The translations under genes were made by a program, and so were the position numbers. Source: Trichoplax adhaerens (lineage: Eukaryota; Animalia; Placozoa). From it: a DNA stretch of 64,000 nucleotides. The notes beneath the pieces are model-generated. The model was given only the letters and a program-made list of their open reading frames with translations. It searched no databases and was not told the DNA's origin. This document shows, one piece after another, positions 1 to 11,529 of this stretch. The stretch's first letter is position 1; each line of letters opens with the position of its first letter. The DNA lies in NCBI RefSeq assembly GCF_000150275.1, contig NW_002060952.1:1106452-1170451 (forward strand). The letters are read 5' to 3'.

Positions 1-27
1 TGATGTCAGAGTGGATTTAAATCCNGG

Positions 28-262
28 TTGTACAGTACAATGTACAGTACGGCACAGTGTTCTACAGTACAATGCAGTACAGTACTGTACAGTATACTGT
101 ACTGTACTGTACAGTACACTGTACCAGCATTGACAGTACAATGTACGGTACGGACGGTACCGTAATTAATGATACTTGTACAGTACAGTAGGACACTACA
201 AGACACCACAAGCAGCGTGTTCCATACACTACACTACAGTACCAGTCGACGTACCGTACGGT
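28..262. repeat. TACAG/CTGTA pentamer low-complexity array in mixed orientation
   Basis: Runs such as gtacagtacagtactgtacagtatactgtactgtactgtacag, plus gtacggtacggacggtaccgta. The 'YSTV/CTVQ' ORFs here are translations of this repeat. Confidence 0.9.
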
Positions 263-385
263 AGATCGCTTATCCATTGTAACGGCAAAGCTATTGTTGC
301 GAAAATTTTCATTTGGACTGAAAGAAGAAAAACGACACTGACGTTGGTTACAGTTACCAGTACAACTTACTTAGAGCCATACGAA

Positions 386-3300
386 ATGTCTGATAAAGTT
401 CAGCAATCTTATGAGGTAAGAAAATACAAGCTATAGGTTAATTAATGATCCTCCTGCTAGTCAACCGATTGACTAATTCAAGGTTTCAACTTGCTATCAC
501 TTTTGTCAATGACTGTTGTTGCGTTAATGACGATTGAGACGGTGTAACGCTTCCAAATTGATTTCTTTGATTGTCAGTCTACAGTACTTTATATGGAGGC
601 TTTTCCACAGAGAAAAAAAAATAGCGCCAGCAAATTCTATTTTGTTGAGTGTTCAACTTCCTACTTTATCCTAAACAACTTTGTTTCAAGATTGCTCCTT
701 TCCACCTCAATTTCTTTACTGGAACGAGCTGTTTCACAAATTCCCTGTAACCTTAATAGTCTGCAGTGTCCAAATTCTCTTAGTCATGTACTGTAGAAGG
801 CAGAGCGAATAGCCGCTTTCAACCACTTTGAAACAGTCAAATACAGCAGTTACAACGCTGACTTCCATACCAAGCGGTGAAATCGTTCACCACCAGAATA
901 TCCAGTACTGTAATAGAAGCCTCAAGTAGGACACAGCCTCATTCATCAGCTTTCAAATCAATGTAAAGTGCAAAATTAAGACAGTCATGAAAGAAGATCA
1001 ATTCACCTACAATAGACCCTACTGCTTTCGCTAGTATTATACTGTACATGGAAAGAATAAATGCTCTCTTTCAATACTATATACTACCATTACAGTGCAA
1101 GACGATCCGTGCTAGCAATCATTAATAACAAATGTTGATATTTCCTTTCGCTGCTAGTCTGTGAAACACTCTGATCCAGATAGTATGGCAAATACTGAAG
1201 AATTTGTGGTACGGATACGTGGCCTACCTTGGTCAGCAACAGTTGAAGATGTTCAAAAATTTTTCACCGGTTGTCGCGTCAAAGAAGGAAGGCAAGGAAT
1301 TCATTTCACTTACGCAAGTGACGGTAGAGCTAGTGGCGAGGCATACATTGAATTTGGCTCATTGGAGGATTTCAATAGGTGAAATGACACATCCATTTGC
1401 CCACTTTTGACCATGGACAGTAATGTAATATGGGAATAAAATAATCGAATGAAATACGATCGCAGTACAGTAGTATTACAGCTTTGTATGACTTTACCTA
1501 TATCCATTCATTCAGTCTTGTATTTTTACAACTATGGAAGTAATTGTTTGAGAAAATTGAGAAAGTTCTAACGTGATTGCACCGTATGCGCAAGTTATTC
1601 TTGCATATGTAGCCGTAAAAGAAATGTCTTCGGAGTCGTCATGTTCTATCAGTGCTGATTGATTCTTTATACATGCAATAACTGCCAAATATTGTATTAC
1701 TGTTGTTTCTACTGCTCACTTTCAATCACTCTGATACTATGAAATATGAAACTAATTAGGGCATTGGAGCGTAACCGATGTCATATGGGTAAACGGTATG
1801 TCGAAGTATTTAAATCGAAGCGAAGTGAAATGGATTACGTCGTCAAACGAACCAAACAACGTTCAGGTAGAGATTCTGAGAATGTTGTCCGACTACGTGG
1901 TTTGCCTTACGAGTGCTCCAAGGAAGAAATTGCTCAATTTTTCACTGGTAGGTACCACGGTAACTATTGCTATCATCGTCCAGCAATACTTACAACTGCG
2001 GCGTATAATGAATCTAGTCTTGCACCCTAATTTAGTAATTGTTAGTTCTCATCATTACAATTTTACTGTAAAATAGAAAGTCCTACTTACGTACTTTCTG
2101 ATACGATTAAGAATAATAATGATGTGTTAATATACAATACGTCATCTCCTGTAATTAATAAATATTACAGTTATAATGTGTTTTCTTACCGCTAATTCTA
2201 TATCTGCTAAATCTATAATCGTTAAGCCATTTATCTGTTTGCTTATGGACTAGACCATCGTGTAGATTCAATACTTTAATACGCTACTGAATTCATGTCA
2301 AACTGCGCTTTGGCTTCCGCTATGTGCTATTATAATGAAATCGTATAGAGTAGATACTTTATTAAAGTCCAATTCTTATCAGTTAAATTGTTTAATTAAC
2401 TACAGTAATAAACATGAATTATGAATTTGCGATTGCATACTGTGCGATATGATGCATACTTCACTGGATTGTTTAGCTTATTATTAGCAAGGTAGTGTAT
2501 ACAGAAGAGAAAGATTTTTCTTTCATAACTATAAAGGGTAGTATCAATATAAACTTAACTTGGGACATTGTTGACACAAATGCATATCATATTACTAAGC
2601 TGATGCTCCGACTAATGAGACATTGTTTGGATTTAAATTCTTGTTAAGATATTTTAATCGAAATGCACATTATAGTAGTTGCAATACGATACTATATATA
2701 TATATATATAGTATATGTAGCATAAAGTAGTTCATTTAATTTATATTAACAGCAATTGTAATTTTGTAGGTTACGAAATTATCCCCAATGGTATTACTTT
2801 TGGCGTTGATAGAGATGGGCGTAGTACTGGAGAAGCTTATGTAGAATTTGCCAATACTGATGTTTCTGAACGAGCATTGTCTAAAGATAAAGAAACAATT
2901 GGCCATAGGTAATATGAACGGTGGCATGTTATTATTATGTACTTTGAGTTATAATAGCTAGTTGTACCTATGACTGTGTAAGTGCTCTACTAGGATAGTG
3001 AAGAGTGGACGAATAAAGTAGATAGCATCATATTGTCTAGTGATTCAAATTTATAATCTTTCCAATTTTTACAGATATATTGAAATTTTTCGAGCGAAAA
3101 AATCAGACATACATAATATGAGTGCACCAAAGATTAGACCTCTAATCGGTAGTGCTGCTAGTTCACGCCCAAGGCCATACGATAGAAAACGTGGGGATCG
3201 GTTTACTCGCGGCCATCCTGAGGATAGATACAATCAAGGACGTGGCTACAACAGAGGTTACCTTGATAATCGACCGAGCGATCATCCTGGTTATGGTAGA

Positions 3301-5167
3301 CCGCATTCAGAGTACAATTATGACAGGGATAGAGAAGAATTTAGAGATGCAGCCTACAACCCTTACAGTGAAGAGCCGTATGCTAGATCCAGTAATTGGA
3401 ATATAGTTGAGCCAGATAGACCTCCAGACTTTGAACCAAATGTTCACTCAATTCGAATGAGAGGGCTACCCTTTAAGGTGACAGAAAACGAAATTGTAGA
3501 CTTTTTTGACCAAATCCCTCTGCAAAATATTCATATCGAGTATGGTGATGGGGGTAAAGCAACGGGAGAGGCTGTTGTCGAATTTTATAATTACGAAGAT
3601 GCTTTGGAAGCAATGAATAAAGATCGACGCAGGATTAGTAAGTTGGCGAATGACTGCGCGGACACGCAGTGTAAAAGGAAATTTTTGAATAATATTCGAT
3701 AGATCAAGCTGATGTATTTGTGTTTATGTACTATATTTCTTATAGAACATCGATACATTGAATTATTTTTAAATACAACTCCGGAATCTGAAGGGAATAT
3801 GCATCCTAGGGAAAATCAAAGGGATTATCCTGCTTATGATTACCCACAGGAAAGGGAATTTGATGAAGACATTCATGGGGATAGTAATTATAGTAAAGGT
3901 GCGAAATGGGTAGATACTGCACGGGAAGATTCACAGTCTAGATCGTATACAAGGGGGAGAGAATATACGGGAGCGGATTATGGGAAGGATTATGAAACAT
4001 ACGACATGTGGTATGGAGACGGAGGAAGTAGTAAATCAAATCGAATGCAAGAAGAACGATACGGAGACGCAGTCAGAATAGGTAAAAAAGAGCAATTTCC
4101 ATACAACGAGGATCCGATTCCGGGCAGCAAGGGCAGTAATTATGAAGAGCCTAGTAGATCAATCTACCATGCTTACGGCGAAGAAAGATTAAATACGAGG
4201 GTCAACAATAGTGCAATTCCGAAATCTGTTAGTAGACCAACACAAGAAGCTTATGAATCAGGGTATTCTAGTACTCGACAAACGCCCACAGTTAATCCTC
4301 AGCAGCAGAATATTAGCTTAAGTATGCATAATACATCGGGCACGGGAGGTAGGTAGCGTATTATAATCTAAGTAAAACCTCGGTTATTCGCATGTTAAAT
4401 TTTGTAAACCTTTTTATATTACGACTGTAAGTTCATGTTAGCAGTAGTCTTTGCTAATTAACTTTTAAGGGAAATGCGTATATGTACATCTGTAGAGTTA
4501 ACTGTTGCCTAAGTTGCTAAATATCCTACAACAAGGCTATTACTATATTTAACGAACGTGTTATAGTGTTTTAGCGGGATTAGTTTCATAAATATTGCCA
4601 TGATATTTTAATCCATAGGGAATCGGATGCCCGCTGGTGGGTATCAATACAGCGATGATAGAAATCCTAGAACGACCGAAATGACAGGTTCTTATGATTA
4701 ATTACTCTATTTATTGAAGTAGATTACGGGTAGCTTAAGTATTTGTTTATATTGACGAGATTGTAGCAGCAAAAAGTGTATACGTATTGGTAAACAAATA
4801 GTAGATCGCTATTGATGATCGAAGCCATACATCCAAAGTCTGGTAATATTAAGCCATATAACGATAAATATTTCTTTCATATTTATATTGCATAGTTTCA
4901 ACAGTTGGCTACAGTCAAGATCAGATGAGGTCTGCTTCTAGTAGTACGGTAGTAACCCGTACCGCACCTAATGTTACTAGTCAAAGTAATAAACAGCTGC
5001 AAAGAAGTACGAATCCATCATCAAGGTATCCTAACGCCAGCGCTGGATATGGTAGTTACCTGGACAGTCCTGACGCTGTAAATATGTCAGCAGGGAACCG
5101 TTATTCTAGTAACATGGGGCAGCCGAGAGCCAACACTTCTTACAGCAGTAACTACGGTCGTTATTGA
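386..5167 (+). CDS. HNRNPH: hnRNP H/F family RNA-binding protein (three qRRMs, GYR linker, long low-complexity C-terminus)
   Basis: Phase-consistent GT-AG exons 386-415, 1158-1378, 1760-1947, 2770-2908, 3075-3637, 3746-4348, 4619-4687, 4896-5167. qRRM motifs [74 protein letters not shown] matches the hnRNP H/F PY-NLS. The first exon is inferred; an alternative ATG lies at 1185. Confidence 0.92.
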
Positions 5168-8100
5168 TTCTTACACTTGATATTGCAATAGTCCCATGAT
5201 CTTACAACATCACAGCATTCGTATCTTGGGTACAGAAAAGAATAATTTCAATACCATTGATATCTTTTAAAAAGAGTTATGATTGCATTTGTATGAGAAG
5301 GGCTTACCTGTATAAATAATTTCGTTCCTCCTACTGGATATGACCACTCTAGTTGAAATAGTAAAGTTAACCCTGGCCCGGATGGATTTTATGACTAGTT
5401 ACGTAGATAATTTGTAGTGAACATCGTAATCATGTCTGCAATTATAATTATTTTAACTGCAAGTTCTTCTAATTGTGGCTTCGAATGGAAGTTGAACTCT
5501 ATTATTATCATCATCATGATAAGTGAAATTAAATTGGCTACCTGTCGTTGACTATAAAGTTAAAATGAATCATCTTAGTGGCAATTCAACTTATCGCTGC
5601 TACATGATGGCATTGGTATTAAGATAGACACTCTTAAAAATTGATACATTATTGAGTTTTAAAATTTTACCAATATAGGTACTACATAGTAAGATAGATA
5701 AGTCAAGTAGTACAACGTATCCTGTAAGTTATGATGTATAGGCTATTTATCGTTTTCCTGGTATGTGATATTACCCTACTTCCTAGTAAGTATTGAGTTG
5801 CAGAAGAGCACAGGATTAACGTGTACATATTAATATTTGTTAATTGTATCTCATCAGTTTGATGGGCTATGGAGTAGTATAGAACTCTAGGAATTTTCGT
5901 AATTATTACGTTTTGTAAGGATTAAACTCCTATCATGCTGAATTCTATATCACCTTCCCCGTATCTTAAATATTTTGTGCCCTATTTCGAAATGGTCGCT
6001 GTTGAAATTAATCACATTAAAGACATGAAGGTTGAAAAAGTTAAGATATTGGTATTCGGTGTTGCGTTTGAGTTACTTTTTTTAAAGTTAGAGATGAAAA
6101 GTAATGGTTAGCCTAAATGGATAACTTTTATAAAAAGTGTGGGATCTGTGTGTGTACAGTTTTAAGACATTATAGTTACTCTGAAACATACTCGTATTGG
6201 TGCATAGTAACTAAAATTGAGAATGTTAAGTATGTTTCAGTAGTTTTAGTAATAATGCGTATGAGTACCTATTAATGTATGGACTGGTCGGACGAATAAT
6301 GTGGTAACACATGCATATGAGCGTAAATATTGAAGTGCTTTATGATTATGCGATCTCTAGCGAACTTCATCAATGTTTGCGTATTTGTGGATAGGACGAC
6401 TACGTTAAAATTTTGAGAATGCTTAAATTTGCTTTAAATATTACATCATTAAGTTACAATGGGGTATGCCGGTTATTGCATGACTGACAGAAATGATCAG
6501 TAAGACCTGAAACTACCGATAATGATATCTGTATTTGGATTATGCGTTAGCAATAGATTTTCGACTGTGAAAGTTCAAATACTAGGAGAGCATTGGTCTA
6601 GCATTACAATACAATTATAGGCATTCTGGTAAGGGATGTAAGTCTCTCAAAGTTCTACAAGTATATGCAGAGTGAGAGTTGATGATACTGCTTAAGAGGC
6701 ATGTACGTAAATATAGATTGCAGGAATTGCTACTACAGATAGTACAACTATTTAGTGATATAAATAATTTGTGAAGGTAAACAGATCTATCGGTACAATA
6801 CCGGTAATTGTTGACAATTTTATTGAAGGTCAAAAAGACATTTACAGTAAGCCGAATCGACGTAAATTGCAAGATAATATGATCGATTGCTAAGAAGGGT
6901 ATTAGAGTAGCGTTTGTACGTAATGAAAATATTTATACAATAGTGATGCTAAAACAGTATCAATCAGGCTGACATTAGCATAAAGTCATTTTAATTTTTG
7001 AAACTATAACTTCGTAAAGTCAGTTTTTAAAATCTTGACAATGAAAAACAGTATTATCCCAAAAGATTGGTATGATTTTTTTATCAACGATATCATACCA
7101 TCTTCTTCGTTACTATATGAAGTATTATAAAAAATCAGGCTAGTTCTTCAAAGACGCTGCAGCTACGTGAAAAAATAACTTCGCAACGACAGTAAGTAAT
7201 ATACGTTAATAAGAAGGAAAGATATCGGTGAAGCAATCAAATTAAGTAAAACAAGACCTTATCATTTGAAAATACAAAAACGATCATAGGTCAAAGTACA
7301 CAATTACTATACATACATGCATAGATAATGATCGATTAGATCTGCACTTCCCTTTTTAAACTACGGTTATAAAATGCAGCTAAATACGGTGCTTGATGAA
7401 GCAATTAGGCTTGCAACATGTGCATACTTCATAATATAATAGATAAGTCATGAATAATAATGATCTAACCGTTCCGTTATGACCAAAAGCCAATCGCTAG
7501 GCTAGTTGCTATCACGTGTTCAGATCGCGAAGAATTGGATAATTGTTATCTTGGTCTGTTGCCATAAAATAATTTTGGCTTATTTTATATATCTATTCTA
7601 ACGTAAACAGAATCTCAACAACTCCAACAGCATGTGCCAGTATACATATCGATTGTTGTATTATAACAATTCCCATATTTAGATTGAATATGAAAGCATA
7701 CAAGTCCATATAATCAACGAAGACAGTTAAAAGATTGTAGTCACCAGATGGGCGTGCGACAACAGGTGCACACGACTAAATGCCAACACAACTCACATTT
7801 AGCAACGGATAATTTCTCTTTTAATTCGAAGAGAACTTTTTCTATCTCCCGTTATCGTAACGAAATATTATATGGAAATGAAGGGTGATCATTATAGCCA
7901 GGTAGTAACATGATGAATTTGAAGGCAGTATTCAATACAGTTAATGATTTACATGGAGTACGAAGCGTTATCGCCAAATAATGATCATCACCATGGATAG
8001 CATATCGATACTAATGATAAATGATGATCGAAACATGTTTATCTTCACTAATTGAGCAAAGTATGGAAAGAACTTATAATGACTTAAATCGTATTAACGG

Positions 8101-8736
8101 ACGGTATTGATAAAATTTGGATAATCTTATCTGTGACCGACGTAATTAAAATATTGTATATAAATTTAATGATAACACAATACATAATTGTATGATTTAC
8201 GCATGAATGCCGACATGTTTAGTGAATTGAAGGATAAAAAAAGTATAGAAAGTAATTGTTAGAGACTTCTTACTGATTTTAGTAGTGGAAACATATCAAG
8301 CATACGTAGTGTTAAAATGATTTCATATAAAGCATTAACATGTAGATCTACTAAATTTAAAAAGTTAATTTGGCTTACATTGAAGAAAAAATGGACGTTA
8401 TGATAATGTATGAGTAGGCTATATTCAATGTACAGTAATGCTAGTTATAAAGAATAGCTGTAAATATTAAAATAATTCAATCTGTTACCTATAACATATA
8501 ATTCATTGTTTTTACCATTATTGTTCGATGGCGACATACCTAACGCATCAATGGATAATAATAGCATAGTTTGCTATTGCTATTCAAGCGGTAATCATGT
8601 TGACAAATTGTGGCAACAAATGTTTGATCACTGGAAGGCTACAAATAAGCCTGCCGATGATAGCTATTCTACATTTTCTATCTTGCACGTTGCAGAAAAA
8701 TTACTAACAAGCTTAAAAGGAATAGGATTGATCATC

Positions 8737-10530
8737 ATGTCTACAAAGAGAAGAGATAAAATGGTAAAGTAGCTAAAGTATTTCATCCAACCAGTCATGA
8801 TTACTTATGGCATGTAATAAGAGAATCTTAGCTATTTGATTCTATTATTCAATTTCATAGTTAGCCTATCAAGACTTAAGTCAGATGCAAAATTGATAAT
8901 TTAATGTTTCCAAATATTTAATCTCGTCATGCATCCTACTTTAAGATTTCACTTAGAAATCTTGTTTATGTAATAGCTGACAATCTATCTATATATTGAC
9001 AAATTCTAACATTTCGATGATATTTATAAGTATTTACTGTACCTACATACATTGAAACAGAAATTGATTAATTATCTCACGAGAATCACCTAAATTAGCA
9101 ATTCCTTTTCTATATCTACTTATGTGATGAACCAGGAACAAGCTCAAACATCCCACAAAATTATTGAAAAACGCCGACGAGATAGGATAAACAATTGTCT
9201 TGCTGAATTAAGTCAAGCAGTACCGCCAGCATTTGCAAGTAAAGTAAGTCTAAGTACATTAAGTAAAATTCTATCTCACAGTGTCATTAGATTACTATCT
9301 TTCCTTAATACCTACTATTTGTTAATCTTCTATTTCTATATTAGTAATTAGTTTGATGAAAGGAAATATACTCTCTCTCTTGTTCATTTACTTTTAGTTT
9401 TTACCATTTTGATTCAAATATTCGATCTTAAATGAGTAATGCTCAAAATACTATTTTATATATAGACATCAGGAAAATTGGAAAAAGCTGAAATATTAGA
9501 AATGACAGTTCACTACTTGCGAGTTCTACATGCTTATGGCATTCGCTTAGATAGTCCAGGTACCTTAATTATAGCATTGTAGCTTTAAGGCCTTACTAAT
9601 AGCCGAAATTCGCAACAAAAACACTAAAAATCATTGATAATATAATTGATCAATAATAAAAAGTAACGATAATTTTATTAACTTTTATATTTAATCTGGA
9701 TGCATAGCTGATCAACCCATCATGCTGCATAATTCGCCGGAAGTTCAGTACGAGATGTTACATCAACATTACAGAAATGGTTATTCCGATTGTATACGTG
9801 AAATATTACAATATTTTATCGATGTTGAAGGGACAAGTCCTCAAGATCAGCGATGCAATCAGATATTCAGCTATCTTCAGGTATTGAACATGGATGATTA
9901 TCAATCAACAACAATAAAAATTTGTGTTTGACTAGACTTATCCTATGCCATAACAATGCGATTTTTTGGTATCCATATAAGACCTTATAGTATACAATTT
10001 TCGAAAATATTTTAAAATGTTTCTATGTCATTTTTTAGGCTCGAATCAATAAAGGACTGCATCAATCGTATGATGAATCATCGGCATCCTATCATCGCGG
10101 GCAATCTAATGTTAGCAATGGCGGCAACGCTAGTAATAATGCTAACAGTATTAGTAATAGCAACCACAATAACAATCCCAATGGGAATTTAAATGGTAAA
10201 GATCGAAGAAATAAACCGTCTACTCAAGCTTTTCTACGATCACATTTAAATGCTAATACTAAAAGTAATCGAGAGACAATGCATTCTACTCCATCACCAG
10301 CTGATGTTAATAATGCTGGTTTACCTAATTTGCCGTTACAGCTACAACAGGCGAGTGTCTATCCGAATGTTTATCAAAATCATGGAGGCATTCAGTACGG
10401 TATGCATATGCCAACAAGTACATCAACGGGCTTGCTGCAAAATGCCTGCTGTCTACCATCATCGCACCCATCTTCTATTTCTAAAGCAGTTAATGATCAA
10501 AGCAATTCTCTACTACACGGCTCAATGTAA
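8737..10530 (+). CDS. HELT: HELT-like bHLH-Orange transcription factor
   Basis: Phase-consistent exons 8737-8763, 9136-9243, 9466-9559, 9708-9880, 10039-10530. SHKIIEKRRRDRINNCLAEL...SGKLEKAEILEMTVHYLR; Orange domain YRNGYSDCIREILQYFIDVEG. Lys in the basic region and no C-terminal WRPW/YRPW fit HELT rather than Hes/Hey. Confidence 0.85.
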
Positions 10531-11529
10531 AATGCTAATATTGCATTCTATTGACGGAAAGATACCGGTAACAATTTCTATCAATAACGATTATTATATT
10601 GTTGTAAAAGGTATCTTTAATATTAATACAATCATTCTGTTATTGTAAACGTGGATAATTGATAATTCAACAAATCATTGATGAAAGCAGTAAATTCATC
10701 AGTTCTTACGTGCTATGAAAAATGACTTTCTCTAAGTACTGAGAATCTCAACGATTATTGATATAAATACCTAGATATTTCATTAGGCTTATGTAACATG
10801 AGTAAATTATTACTAGTTCTAGATCCTGGTTTAATTCATAATTGTTTATAATAAAGTAAGCAAATGGATTTATTTTATTGTATAGTAGTAGTGAGTTGTA
10901 CTAATTGAAATCTAAATAATCTTCATGAATTTTAATATACCATGAAATGAATTTATTCTTTATTAATAGCTTGCGTTATAAATTCATTTTTTCACATTTT
11001 CAGATTGATATTGAATGTATCGGAAAATGTAATACAATTTGTCAAAACATTTCTTGTCTTAATTATGAATATAAATGTATTTAAGATATCATCTTCATAT
11101 GTGCTCGACGAAGGATACAATAAAAAAAATTTAGTAAGATAAAATATTCGAAGAAATAGCTTAATGCTACCGATTCGAGATTAAAAGTACTTGTGTGACG
11201 ATTTCGTAACGCAATTGTAACATACATGTAAAACTCAGATTACGAAAGTATGCAGTTTACTGTAAACACAATTGATGGCCTAAATTACTACAGTACACTC
11301 AGTGTCTTTATTTAAGGATGATATTATGTAATATGCCATCAAAAAATCGTTCTATTTTCTGTCTAAGCAAAATAAAGTGATTGCAATCTATGAATATCAT
11401 CAATAAAAGAACTGCTATACTAGACTCTATAACTGTAGTAATATAATAGTAATCAAAGTAGTATGAAAATCTGATATATATTTACGTTGGCTTTATTAAA
11501 TTACTTTTCTCTATAGAATTACTATCTAA

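Noticed and set aside
6-277. ORFs rich in Y/C/T/V/S
   Set aside because: Translations of the TACAG repeat; not genes.
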